Shown: positions 1 through 9,960 of the stretch, piece by piece
Layout: each line of letters opens with the position of its first letter
Position numbering within the stretch: position 1 is the first letter of the stretch
Virus record (IMG/VR): IMGVR_UViG_3300025137_000003
Location: 1 to 53,781 of that record
From: a virus
Taxonomy: Duplodnaviria > Caudoviricetes
Direction: 5' to 3' (one strand)
DNA: 53,781 nt
Position numbers and translations under genes: made by a program
The notes under the pieces: generated by a model
The model's input: only the letters and a program-made list of their open reading frames with translations
Databases searched by the model: none
Told to the model about the DNA's origin: nothing

Positions 1-99
1 ATTCAGATGGATATATATTACATCTTTATAATGGATATATAGATAATAATACTTGGGTAGAGGAAAGAGGTTTAATAAGACCTGATGCTAGCGGTTCAA
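1..99. repeat. Direct repeat identical to 53683-53781 (circular contig overlap)
   Basis: attcagatgg...gcggttcaa occurs at both ends, 99 bp, inside an ORF that continues across the join. Confidence 0.97.
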
Positions 100-341
100 G
101 AGCTTATACATATACAAATGATTTTTGGACTCCTAAGTATACTTATTTAAAAAGTTTAGGTGTAACTAAAATGAACAGAATTGTAGAGACAGATTCAAAG
201 CTTGCTACTTTATTAGCTAATCCAGATTCATATAGTCATAATTCACATTTAGATACTTCAACAATAGTAGTTGAAGACAAAGTAAGTAGTTACGCTTGGG
301 CTGACATAACACATAAACATATAACAATAGATTTGATATGA
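1..341 (+). CDS. 3' part of a 206-aa hypothetical protein spanning the circular junction (starts 53403)
   Basis: The frame from ATG 53403 stays open through the join to TGA 339-341, which overlaps the next ATG (ATGA). Confidence 0.85.
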   Translation, partial: SDGYILHLYNGYIDNNTWVEERGLIRPDASGSRAYTYTNDFWTPKYTYLKSLGVTKMNRIVETDSKLATLLANPDSYSHNSHLDTSTIVVEDKVSSYAWADITHKHITIDLI

Positions 342-1132
342 GTACATTAAAAAATTCAAATGTAAGTTTTGATGGCATGAGAGATGTTTTTGATACTATG
401 AATAGTAACGGAAGTACCTCTGCTTGGTCATTAAACAACCAAAAACATATTGACCGTTCACCTGTTCTTAATGGTGGTACAGGTGATGGGAAAGTTCCAC
501 TAACATTTAATGATGCTGAAGCTACTTCATCAACTACAATGTCAGCAGCTGATTTTAAAAGTGTTATGAAATTTGATAGTGGGGGTGCCACAGTAACACA
601 AGGTTTTAATAAAAGTCAAACCTTACATACTATTGCGGGGTGGGGAACACTTCATGGTATGTATGCTGCTAGTAAACAACAAATAACAAACAATAATAGC
701 GGTATTGGTCAAGTCTATGACGGAACTAATACCTATGACGGAACAGGTAACCCTTCAGGACTTAGTAATCAAAACTTTATACCTTTTACTAATTTTAGTA
801 GTAGTTTTAATTCTAATAAAGACATTGCGGCCATAGCAACTTATACATCAGGATTTACTGTAAGAGAAGTTAATCTAGTTTTTAGAGGCACAGGAGCTAG
901 TGCAACTGATACTGACTGGAATAATATGTATATAAGACAAGTAAATGATACTCACCTTAGTGGTGATGAAGCTTCTAATAAGCAGTATGTCTCAAAATTA
1001 ACAAGAGGTACCAATATGACAACAACAACTTATACAAATATTCTTTATGGTAATTATTATGTACATACATGGAGTACGCCTATCTTATCTAGCTTTACTG
1101 CTGCAGCTACAACTTTTGTTAAGTTTGATTAA
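338..1132 (+). CDS. Putative tail/fibre-associated structural protein (S/T/N/G-rich)
   Basis: 264-aa ORF; composition and position downstream of the tail fibre. Confidence 0.5.
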   Translation: MSTLKNSNVSFDGMRDVFDTMNSNGSTSAWSLNNQKHIDRSPVLNGGTGDGKVPLTFNDAEATSSTTMSAADFKSVMKFDSGGATVTQGFNKSQTLHTIAGWGTLHGMYAASKQQITNNNSGIGQVYDGTNTYDGTGNPSGLSNQNFIPFTNFSSSFNSNKDIAAIATYTSGFTVREVNLVFRGTGASATDTDWNNMYIRQVNDTHLSGDEASNKQYVSKLTRGTNMTTTTYTNILYGNYYVHTWSTPILSSFTAAATTFVKFD

Positions 1133-1149
1133 TATGATACAATCTTATA

Positions 1150-2997
1150 ATGAAAAAATTAGTTATAAGTTTAAATAGAAGACAAGATAGAAAACAATTA
1201 TTTAAAAATAATAAGTTAAAAAATTATAGATACATAGAAGCAATAGATTATAAAAGAACAAAATTTTATAATACTATAAAATCTAAAAAGAATTGGATAG
1301 GTCCTTTTAATAATAGGCCTCTTTTAAAAAGTGAAATAGCTTGCTTTCTTTCTCATGCAAAAGCTTGGAAAGAATGTATTAATTTAAATGAACCTATTAT
1401 AATTTTAGAAGATGACGCAGTAATTAATAATAGTTGGAACGAAGATTATTATACAAAGTTAATTAATAAATATGATTTTGTATATTTACAAAGAAACGAA
1501 AACGAACCTTCAAAAACTGTTAGTATAGATAGTAGATTAGAAAGACCTTACTATCCTTATAACTTAACAGCTTATATTATAAAACCTCAAACAGCAGAAC
1601 TATTATTAACTCACATGGATAAAAATAACATGACCCCAGTAGATGAATTTGTACCAGAACTTATAACAGACAAGAAAGTATTAAATGCAGTAGCTTTAAA
1701 AGAAGATGCATGTAATCAATTATCTAGAGATGAAAGTCCTAGTGATATAGAACCTAGTAACATACATAGAAATTTTAAAGTACATCCTGTTACTATAGGA
1801 ACTGATACAAAAAAATGTGTTAAGTTAAATACAAGTGCAAGTAAAGTAGGTGTTCAAGTAAGAAACCTAGGAACAAATGTAACTTGGTTAGGTACAGATA
1901 TGTCAGGACCAGGTGGAGGAATGAAAGTAAACATACTAAAAGATTATGTTAATTCTCTTCCTGATACAGATATAGTTTTATTTACAGACGCTTATGATGT
2001 TTTTTATGCAGATGATTTAGAAACTATTACAGAAAGATATTTAGATTTTAATTGTAAAGTTTTATTTTCAGCAGAATACTATTGTTGGCCTGATGCTAAT
2101 TTAGAAAACGATTTTCCTATGTCTCCAACTAAATATAGATATTTAAATAGTGGAACTTTTATAGGAGAAGTAGGCGAGCTAAAGAAAATGTTTGCTACAG
2201 ATAATGTTAAAGATGATGGAGATGACCAACTATACTATCAAAAATTATTTTTAAGTAATAACTTTGATATTAAATTAGATTACGAAGGTTATATCTTTCA
2301 GACACATGAAGCTAATGCTACTATAAATGAAACAGGACAATTATATAATCCTGAAACTAATTGTACTTCTTGTATTTACCATGGAAATGGCGGTGAATTA
2401 ACTAAACAAAAGTTTAATCAATTATATAATAGATTTTTTCCAAAAGACGAAAATTTATTTATACCTCCAAAAGGTTATGAAATATTAGATAATGATATGC
2501 TTCTTGTAGATTTTATGACACAAGAACAATGCGAAAGATTAATGGAAATATCTGACAATCACGGACAATGGGGAAGTTTAAGTTATGATAAGTTTCCTGC
2601 ACAAGAAATTAGATTAAAAGAATTAGGTTTATGGGAAGAACTTAATACTTATTGGGATGAACACATAGTTCCTATAATAGAAAACTATTGGAAACCTATG
2701 GAGATGTATGGTCTAAGAGATGCTTTTGTTATGAGATATGCAGTTGATACACAAAAAGATTTACCTTTACATACAGACGCAAGTTTAGTAACAGGAAGTG
2801 TAAAACTAAATGACGATTATGAAGGGGCTGATTTATTTTACCCAAGACAAAACTTTAGTAATAAAGATATACCTGTAGGTAAAATGATTCTATTTCCTGG
2901 AGCAGTTACTCACGGACACGAATGTTTGCCTTTAACTAAAGGAACTAAATATAGTTTTACTATTTGGAGTTCTAGGTTCCCAGGAGATTCAGTATAG
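1150..2997 (+). CDS. Tri-domain GT25 glycosyltransferase / PLOD(LH3)-like glycosyltransferase / lysyl-hydroxylase-like 2OG-Fe(II) dioxygenase
   Basis: GT25 motifs ISLNRRQDR, EAID, EIACFLSH, ILEDDA. LH3-GT motifs FTDAYDV, LFSAEYYCWPD, YLNSGTFIG, DDGDDQLYY, HGNG. LH motifs FVMRY, LPLHTDAS, DYEG, THGHECLP, GTKY. Confidence 0.88.
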   Translation: MKKLVISLNRRQDRKQLFKNNKLKNYRYIEAIDYKRTKFYNTIKSKKNWIGPFNNRPLLKSEIACFLSHAKAWKECINLNEPIIILEDDAVINNSWNEDYYTKLINKYDFVYLQRNENEPSKTVSIDSRLERPYYPYNLTAYIIKPQTAELLLTHMDKNNMTPVDEFVPELITDKKVLNAVALKEDACNQLSRDESPSDIEPSNIHRNFKVHPVTIGTDTKKCVKLNTSASKVGVQVRNLGTNVTWLGTDMSGPGGGMKVNILKDYVNSLPDTDIVLFTDAYDVFYADDLETITERYLDFNCKVLFSAEYYCWPDANLENDFPMSPTKYRYLNSGTFIGEVGELKKMFATDNVKDDGDDQLYYQKLFLSNNFDIKLDYEGYIFQTHEANATINETGQLYNPETNCTSCIYHGNGGELTKQKFNQLYNRFFPKDENLFIPPKGYEILDNDMLLVDFMTQEQCERLMEISDNHGQWGSLSYDKFPAQEIRLKELGLWEELNTYWDEHIVPIIENYWKPMEMYGLRDAFVMRYAVDTQKDLPLHTDASLVTGSVKLNDDYEGADLFYPRQNFSNKDIPVGKMILFPGAVTHGHECLPLTKGTKYSFTIWSSRFPGDSV

Positions 2998-3236
2998 TGG
3001 AAATGACTCATCTATTTTGGAATGCAATTTTAACTTTAATAGTAGCACCTATTATTATTAGTATTCGTAAAAATGAAACAGAAGCTAAAAGAATAGACAT
3101 ACTATTAAATAAAACTAGAGAAGAACTTGGTAGAGAGTATATTACAAAACAAGAAGCAAAAGGCGATATGGTTATGTTAATGGAACGATTAGAAAAACTA
3201 CATGAAAAAGTAGATAAATTATTTGAGGTAAAGTAA
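2997..3236 (+). CDS. Small protein with N-terminal TM helix and C-terminal coiled coil
   Basis: 79 aa, hydrophobic N-terminus, coupled to neighbours. Confidence 0.65.
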   Translation: MEMTHLFWNAILTLIVAPIIISIRKNETEAKRIDILLNKTREELGREYITKQEAKGDMVMLMERLEKLHEKVDKLFEVK

Positions 3237-3358
3237 TGGCTAAGAAAGAAGAAAAAGCTATTGTAATATCTATAGCAGAAATTAAAAGTCCTAAACTTTT
3301 TATGAAGCTAAAAAAACGAATGGGAAAAAAAGATGTCAAAAAAACAAAAAAGAAATAG
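3236..3358 (+). CDS. Small basic hypothetical protein (40 aa)
   Basis: TAATG overlap with upstream stop; MAKKEEKAIVISIAEIKSPKLF... Confidence 0.5.
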   Translation: MAKKEEKAIVISIAEIKSPKLFMKLKKRMGKKDVKKTKKK

Positions 3359-5966
3359 CACTCGTAAAAGAGCTACTGCTAAAAGAGTAGACTACAGCAA
3401 GGGTGGGAGAGTTAATGCTAGAGAAGGATTTCCAATGAGAAAAGGAAATATAAAAAGGCCTATAGGAGTACAAGAAGAACCTATTGTTAGTACGCCTATA
3501 AACAGACCTATGCCTGCGACTAGACCAATAGCTAAACCAATGCCTAAACCTGTTACGCCTAAGCCAATGCCTAAGCCTATACCTAAACCTAGGCCGCAAG
3601 AACCTGTTGTTAGTACGCCTGTAACTAGGCCACAACCTGTTCCAGTAAGAGGAAGACCAGAAAGAGATGACGAAATTTATATAGATAGAGTTCCTCCTTC
3701 AGTTCCTCGTATGCCTAACGAGACTTCAATTAAATTTACTCCGACAGCACCAACTGGTCCATCAACAACAGTAATGCCTACAGGCCCAGGATTTAGTACA
3801 GGAAATAGACCAAAAGTATCTGATGTTAGAGATGATTATTATGATGATGTTAGAGATGGTCCTACTGGTAGAAGAGGTGGGGGCGGAAGAGGCGGACAAG
3901 GTAATACTTGGTGGTCTAGTAAAGGATACGAAAGTTTAGGAGACGCTATAGCAGATGGATGGAGATTTATAAACGGAACATGGACACAACAAACTGAAGG
4001 ACCTCCTAGTGGGCCTCCAAGTGGACCTCCTAGTGGACCGCCTAGTGGACCTCCTAGTGGGCCGGGTGAAGGACCAGGAACTCCACCTAGTAGTCCTGAC
4101 TTACCTTCTAACCTACCACCTAATTGGGATACCATGACGGATGTCCAAAAGAAAGATTGGTTTGAAGACCAACGAAGAGGTAGAGTTAGTGATACAGGAG
4201 CTAAAGCAGGAAACATAGCTACAGGAAATATACCTGATGGAACTGTTCCTGTACCTGATATGGCTTTTATAGGAAGAGAAGGAACAGAAGCTCCGACAGT
4301 AGTAGCACCTGACGCAAGCAGGGCTGATGCTTTCAGAATGAGATATCAAGGAGATGAAACTGTAAGTACAGTAGATGATGTTGCAACAGTTAGCCCAGCT
4401 AGAGAAGTAGATGGTGGTAACATGGGAGATGGTTCTGTTATAGACCAAGCTGCCGAAGCAGAAGCTGCCGTAGCTGATGAAGCTGATGTTAATTTAGCAA
4501 TCGCTGCAGATGTTGCAGATGCTCCTTTAATAGCTGATGTAGATGTTCAAATTAACCCAGGAGTTTTAGCTGATAGAGTTATTGGTAAATTAAGCCCTAC
4601 CGCTTTAGCACCTATTGTAGCTAATGCAGGTAGTTCTTTAGCAAAAATAACAAGAGCTAAAAAACAATTAAGAAATGCAGGATTACAAGAAGAAGCTATT
4701 GATGCTTTAGGTAATGACCCTGAAGATTTAGAAGAAAGACTTACAGATTTTACTGAAGAAGAAAGAGGAGTTATAGAAGGACTTCCTGAAGAAGCTTTAG
4801 TATCTAATCAACTTGATACTTTATTAAAAGGAGTAGAAGAAGGAGAAATTCCTATTTGGGCTAGACCTGCTGTAGCTAGTGTAGAAACTATGTTAGCTAA
4901 AAGAGGTTTAGAAGCTTCATCTATTGCAAGAGATGCTTTAGTTAATACTATTATTCAATCTTCTATACCTTTAGCACAAGCTAACGCACAAGCAATACAA
5001 GCTAGCGTAGCTCAACAAAGAGGAATAGAAGCTGCTGAGTCAGAAGCAAATGCTCAAAGAAAACAACAAACAACTTTAGCTAATGCTCAAACTGTTTTTA
5101 ACATGGACATGGCTCAGTTTACTGCTGACCAACAAACTGAATTATCTAATAGTAAGTTTTTACAGACTGCTACTTTAACAGAAGCTAGTAACGAGCAACA
5201 AGCTGCGGTACAAAATGCTGCAATGAAAGCACAAGAAAACTTAGCAGATGCAGACTTTTATCAAAAAGCACAAATACAAAATGCTCAGGCTTTTTTACAA
5301 ACTGATATGGCTAATTTAAGTAACCAACAATCAGCTAATGTTATTAAAGCTCAATACGAACAACAAAGACTATTAAGTAATCAGTCTGCTCAAAATGCTG
5401 CAAAACAATTTAATGCTACTTCTGACCAACAAGCAGAACAATTTATGGCTCAGATAGAAACACAAATTAAACAGTACAATGCAGGACAAATTAATGTAGT
5501 AAAACAATATAATTCACAAGCTCTTAATGCTGCTGAAGCTAGAGACGCTGCAAGAATTTCAGATGTTAATAAAGCTAACGCTTCTATTATGAATCAAGTT
5601 GAGCAGTTTAATGAGCAAATGAATTTTAACAGACAACAATGGAACGCTGCAAATGAACAAGCTGTAATAAACTCTAATATAGATTGGAGAAGAAAAGCAA
5701 ACACAGCAGATACAGCTGCTCAGAATGCAATCAATCAACAAAACGCACAGAATGCTTTTGGTTTGACACAGGCCGCACAATCTTTCTTATGGCAAGAATT
5801 AAGAGACCAAGCTGATTATGATTTCAGATGGGCTACAGATACTGCTAATAGAAAATTACAAGCTATGATGTCAGCAGCAAGTGCAGAAGGAGACGCAGCT
5901 AAAAACTGGTCTAGTAATTTCAGTAATGCTTCAAGCACTATTGGACGATTATTTGGGAGTGGATAA
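3333..5966 (+). CDS. Putative internal virion (ejection) protein with Pro-rich N-terminus and Q/A/N-rich helical C-terminus
   Basis: 877 aa; low-complexity composition and position in the podovirus late operon. Confidence 0.65.
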   Translation: MSKKQKRNSTRKRATAKRVDYSKGGRVNAREGFPMRKGNIKRPIGVQEEPIVSTPINRPMPATRPIAKPMPKPVTPKPMPKPIPKPRPQEPVVSTPVTRPQPVPVRGRPERDDEIYIDRVPPSVPRMPNETSIKFTPTAPTGPSTTVMPTGPGFSTGNRPKVSDVRDDYYDDVRDGPTGRRGGGGRGGQGNTWWSSKGYESLGDAIADGWRFINGTWTQQTEGPPSGPPSGPPSGPPSGPPSGPGEGPGTPPSSPDLPSNLPPNWDTMTDVQKKDWFEDQRRGRVSDTGAKAGNIATGNIPDGTVPVPDMAFIGREGTEAPTVVAPDASRADAFRMRYQGDETVSTVDDVATVSPAREVDGGNMGDGSVIDQAAEAEAAVADEADVNLAIAADVADAPLIADVDVQINPGVLADRVIGKLSPTALAPIVANAGSSLAKITRAKKQLRNAGLQEEAIDALGNDPEDLEERLTDFTEEERGVIEGLPEEALVSNQLDTLLKGVEEGEIPIWARPAVASVETMLAKRGLEASSIARDALVNTIIQSSIPLAQANAQAIQASVAQQRGIEAAESEANAQRKQQTTLANAQTVFNMDMAQFTADQQTELSNSKFLQTATLTEASNEQQAAVQNAAMKAQENLADADFYQKAQIQNAQAFLQTDMANLSNQQSANVIKAQYEQQRLLSNQSAQNAAKQFNATSDQQAEQFMAQIETQIKQYNAGQINVVKQYNSQALNAAEARDAARISDVNKANASIMNQVEQFNEQMNFNRQQWNAANEQAVINSNIDWRRKANTADTAAQNAINQQNAQNAFGLTQAAQSFLWQELRDQADYDFRWATDTANRKLQAMMSAASAEGDAAKNWSSNFSNASSTIGRLFGSG
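3999..4058 (+). repeat. Five degenerate 12-bp tandem repeats encoding (GPPS)5
   Basis: ggacctcctagt gggcctccaagt ggacctcctagt ggaccgcctagt ggacctcctagt. Confidence 0.9.
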
Positions 5967-5968
5967 GA

Positions 5969-7081
5969 ATGGGATTTTTAAGTAAAGTTTGGAAAGGCAT
6001 TAAGAAAGGTGTCAAGAAAATAGGTAAAGGCATTAAAAAAGTCTTTAAAAAAGTTATGAAAGGTATTGGCAAACTAGGCATAGTAGGTCAAATAGGGATG
6101 ATGTTTTTAATGCCGTATGCTATGCAAGGCTTAGGGTCTCTGTTTGGAACAGGAGGCAAGTTAGCTTCTTGGTCTACAAAACTATTAGGGCCTAACAAAG
6201 GTTTCTTTTCAAAAGCTTTGGGTAAAAGTATAGAAGCAATTAACACAGCAGGTAGTTGGGTTAAAGGTGCTTATACTAATGTAAGTCAAGCTATTAACGG
6301 AGCTATTGATAAAACAGGTAATTGGTTAAAAGGAAGAGGATTTACTTCTACTGATACTTTAAATCAAATAGGACAAGGTATATCTAATACAGACTTTACT
6401 GGTGCAGTAGGAGATAATAATTTTAATTTATTTGATAAAGAAGGAAACCTAATTCAAAATAATAAGTTTAGTAAAGACGGACTTAACTTAAATGCTTTTA
6501 AATCAGAAAATTTAGTTCCTAAAACAACTAAGTTAAACTTTGGAGATGTAGGTAATCTTACTAAAGGAATAGACTTAGACCACACAAACTGGTTAGAAAG
6601 TCTTACAACTAAAGATACATCTACGATTGGAAGCAACTTATTAGATAATGTTGAGATAGGAGATGTTAGTAACTTTATGCCTAAGCAATCAGAAGGTCTT
6701 TTAACAAACTTAAAGAAAGATATAAAAGAGTTTGATGTTTATGATTGGGGCAAGTCTAAATTATCAGGGGCTGTTACAGATGGAGTTTTTGGTGGTATTA
6801 AACAAGAAGCTTATGAAATGGTTGCAGGTGAAGCACCAACTCCAAATTACTATAACAATACTATTCCTAATATTATGAACATAGGACAAGACGGACAATC
6901 AATGGCAAACAGAGGTTACGGAGCAACTGATATGATGTTCCAACAACAAGGTAATAGTTGGCAAGGAACTTCTATGCTTACTACATCTTGGATGAACGAT
7001 ATTTTAAATCCGCAAGTAGACGCTTACTCTTCTTATATGAATAGTATGGTAGGCGATATGAATAGAAGCTACGGAGTATAG
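5969..7081 (+). CDS. Putative internal virion protein with cationic amphipathic N-terminal helix
   Basis: 370 aa; MGFLSKVWKGIKKGVKKIGKGIKKVFKKVMKG followed by a hydrophobic segment. Confidence 0.6.
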   Translation: MGFLSKVWKGIKKGVKKIGKGIKKVFKKVMKGIGKLGIVGQIGMMFLMPYAMQGLGSLFGTGGKLASWSTKLLGPNKGFFSKALGKSIEAINTAGSWVKGAYTNVSQAINGAIDKTGNWLKGRGFTSTDTLNQIGQGISNTDFTGAVGDNNFNLFDKEGNLIQNNKFSKDGLNLNAFKSENLVPKTTKLNFGDVGNLTKGIDLDHTNWLESLTTKDTSTIGSNLLDNVEIGDVSNFMPKQSEGLLTNLKKDIKEFDVYDWGKSKLSGAVTDGVFGGIKQEAYEMVAGEAPTPNYYNNTIPNIMNIGQDGQSMANRGYGATDMMFQQQGNSWQGTSMLTTSWMNDILNPQVDAYSSYMNSMVGDMNRSYGV

Positions 7082-7090
7082 GAGAAAACA

Positions 7091-7711
7091 ATGGAACAAA
7101 TACCAGGCGAAGCAATGAACCCAGAAGCTGTTGAAGCTTTTGCGAATAGGCAACAATCTATTCCTGGACAATCTTTAACCTCAGACCCAGACCAACGAAG
7201 GCCTTTTGAATCTGCACCTGACTTCACAGATTTTAGAGAAGCTTTAGAATATGTATCTCTAGAATTATTAGAAGAAGAAGCTTATACGCCTATGGTTTTA
7301 GCTATAGGAGATGGTGTTACTATTACAGACTTAGCAATGCAAATAGGTTATGTAGGTTTTAGAGAAGGTAAATGGAATCCTGATTTAATGATGATGCTTA
7401 TGGAGCCTTTAATGTATTTACTTATGGCTCTAGCAGAAAAAGCAGGTATCAAATATAGAATAGATGACGAAGACGATATGAATTTATTTGATATGGAAGA
7501 CGGAGAAACTGACGAAGAAGAAACAATGTTAGTTGAAAAGACTAAACTTGCAGCAAGAGTTGCAAAAGAAAAGAAAGCTAAAGAATCAGGTTCAGTTCCT
7601 TCAGGAGCTTTACCAGTAGAGGTTATGGAAAAATTAGAAGCTATACCTGAAATGAGTTTATTAGCTAAACAAGAAGAAGAACCTTTAAGTATTTTAGAGG
7701 GAGGACAGTAA
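7091..7711 (+). CDS. Hypothetical (likely virion) protein
   Basis: 206 aa, SD aggag upstream. Confidence 0.7.
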   Translation: MEQIPGEAMNPEAVEAFANRQQSIPGQSLTSDPDQRRPFESAPDFTDFREALEYVSLELLEEEAYTPMVLAIGDGVTITDLAMQIGYVGFREGKWNPDLMMMLMEPLMYLLMALAEKAGIKYRIDDEDDMNLFDMEDGETDEEETMLVEKTKLAARVAKEKKAKESGSVPSGALPVEVMEKLEAIPEMSLLAKQEEEPLSILEGGQ

Positions 7712-7712
7712 G

Positions 7713-9956
7713 ATGGGATTATATGATGATGGTGGTGTAGACTTTGCTGAAAAGAAGTTTGCAGACGCACAAGAATACAAAAACAAACAAGCTAAAAAAC
7801 AAGATGATTTTAGTAAAACATTATTAGGTGTTGATACTTTATTTAGAGGAGTAGCAAGTTTAGCTAAATCAAAAGGAGAAGCTTTACAGGATAAAAATAT
7901 TCCTCAACGAGCTTACTTACAAAACTTTTTAACTAGACAAAATAATATAAGAAGCACTATTGAAAATAATATGTTAAAGAATGGACAAGTAGATGCTGGT
8001 TCTTTACAGTCTTATATATATGACCAATTAAGTTCTGATTTTGCTGAAGGAGCTTTTGGACATTTAGACCCAGATACTTACGCAGCTGTATTAGATAAAC
8101 ATGCAAAAGATGAAGCTGAAAGATTATTACCTTCTTATCAAAAAATGTATGATGAGTCTTTAGATGTTCCAGATTTAGAAACATCTTTATCTCAGTTTGA
8201 TAAATACAATGCTATGCAAAATCCTACTGATGTTTTTAGTATGATTAAAAAAGGAAGTAAAAGAATCTTAGGTATTGAAGATGAAGAAACTATAAATTGG
8301 CAGAATACACAACAAAGAGATGTATTAAGAAATACTCCTCTTGGAAATGAGTTTTACCAATATCAAGAAGCAGTTAATAATTATGAAAAACAAATAGGAG
8401 CAGACCCTTTTGGTATGGATTCTTTATTAGTTAAACTTAATAGAGGTATTCAAGATGGAAGTATTAAAGGTAAAATTATAGGAACTCCTAGTATAGAAGA
8501 AGTAGTAAAAACTTCAGGCAATGTAACAACTAAAGAAAAAGTAGCTATGGGTTATATGCGTAATGTTGAAACTGGGAAAGTAGAATGGGTTCCTATTAAT
8601 GGTGGCGGTACTGTTAGAGTAAAAAGTACAGTAATAAAAAATACTGAACCGCCAAGTGCTAATATGATTTCACAAGCTGAAAATCTAATAAAAACTTCTT
8701 TACAAAATACTAATCCAAAACTTTGGCAAGCTATTAGTAATGGTAAAATGACAACTAAAGACAGAGGTTATAATGTTGAATACTATGCTAATAAAGTTGC
8801 GTATGCTGTTCAATCTATAGATAACATGCCGGGTGCTTCTAGTATGTCGTATGATAATAAGCAACAAATAGCTTTTGAATGGGTAGCTCATCAAATGAAT
8901 AGAGGATGGGAAATAAAACAAGCAGGCGGAAAAGAAGAAGAGTATGAAGGACTGCTTTATAATCCTGAAACTAATGTAACAGCTTATAGAATTTCAGGAA
9001 TGAATGCTGAAAAGAATAATAATAATTGGGTTCCTCATTTAGAAAATACAGATGTGTGGGTTAGTGAAATTATAAAGAATGTTGGCAATAGTCCGTCTCA
9101 ATTAAACTCTGAGATTAATCAGCTTAAACATAAAACTTGGTCTCAGTTACAAGTTATAACAAGACAAGAAGATGGCACAGTAAAAAATATTTTACCTGAT
9201 GCAGTAGCTAGTGCAGACTTAGAAGGAAGTGTTGAAGAACAAATATATCAGTATGAAGTTTTACAAATGGAAAAATACAATACTTTATTTAATCCACATT
9301 TATCAGATGTTAATAAAGAAAGAAGTGTGTTTGGTCCTGAACATCAACAATATATAAATACTATTAATGTACCTCAACCTGTTTCTACAGAGGAAGTAGT
9401 TCCTACAGAAGAAGTAGTTCCTACAGAAAATACTAATGATACTCCTATTAATGTACCAGGAAAAATAATTAATTATACTTCAGGAGACCCTTTACCTAAT
9501 GATGGTGATTTACATACAGGTGAAAGAGTAGGTGCAAACGCTAGAGGCCAAGGCGGTACTGTAGTGTTTACAGAGCAAGAAAAAGCGGATAATGAATATA
9601 TTAAATCTGAAACTAAAAGACTTAAAACTTTAAACAAAGAGCAAAGAAGAATAGTACAAAGAAGTAGAAAAGGTACTTTTGTATTAGGTTCTAGGAATTT
9701 AAATAAAGTAAGAAATAATGAACTATTAAGTTCTTATACTCCTTTTAGTAATTGGTTAAGAAAAGAAACTAATAACGAAGTTAAAATACAAGATTTAAGA
9801 ACAGATGAATCTTTAAGAAAACAATATCAAGAACAATTTGCTGAAGATATTTATAATGATTTATTAACTGTAGAAGGTATTGATAAAGGATGGTTAAACC
9901 AAATGTTTGATATGGATTTTGACAACGAAGAATTAATGATAGCTGATGCGGAGTAA
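7713..9956 (+). CDS. Putative internal virion protein
   Basis: 747 aa in the run of large late genes; short (PTEEVV)n repeat near 9385-9428. Confidence 0.6.
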   Translation: MGLYDDGGVDFAEKKFADAQEYKNKQAKKQDDFSKTLLGVDTLFRGVASLAKSKGEALQDKNIPQRAYLQNFLTRQNNIRSTIENNMLKNGQVDAGSLQSYIYDQLSSDFAEGAFGHLDPDTYAAVLDKHAKDEAERLLPSYQKMYDESLDVPDLETSLSQFDKYNAMQNPTDVFSMIKKGSKRILGIEDEETINWQNTQQRDVLRNTPLGNEFYQYQEAVNNYEKQIGADPFGMDSLLVKLNRGIQDGSIKGKIIGTPSIEEVVKTSGNVTTKEKVAMGYMRNVETGKVEWVPINGGGTVRVKSTVIKNTEPPSANMISQAENLIKTSLQNTNPKLWQAISNGKMTTKDRGYNVEYYANKVAYAVQSIDNMPGASSMSYDNKQQIAFEWVAHQMNRGWEIKQAGGKEEEYEGLLYNPETNVTAYRISGMNAEKNNNNWVPHLENTDVWVSEIIKNVGNSPSQLNSEINQLKHKTWSQLQVITRQEDGTVKNILPDAVASADLEGSVEEQIYQYEVLQMEKYNTLFNPHLSDVNKERSVFGPEHQQYINTINVPQPVSTEEVVPTEEVVPTENTNDTPINVPGKIINYTSGDPLPNDGDLHTGERVGANARGQGGTVVFTEQEKADNEYIKSETKRLKTLNKEQRRIVQRSRKGTFVLGSRNLNKVRNNELLSSYTPFSNWLRKETNNEVKIQDLRTDESLRKQYQEQFAEDIYNDLLTVEGIDKGWLNQMFDMDFDNEELMIADAE

Positions 9957-9960
9957 ATAA

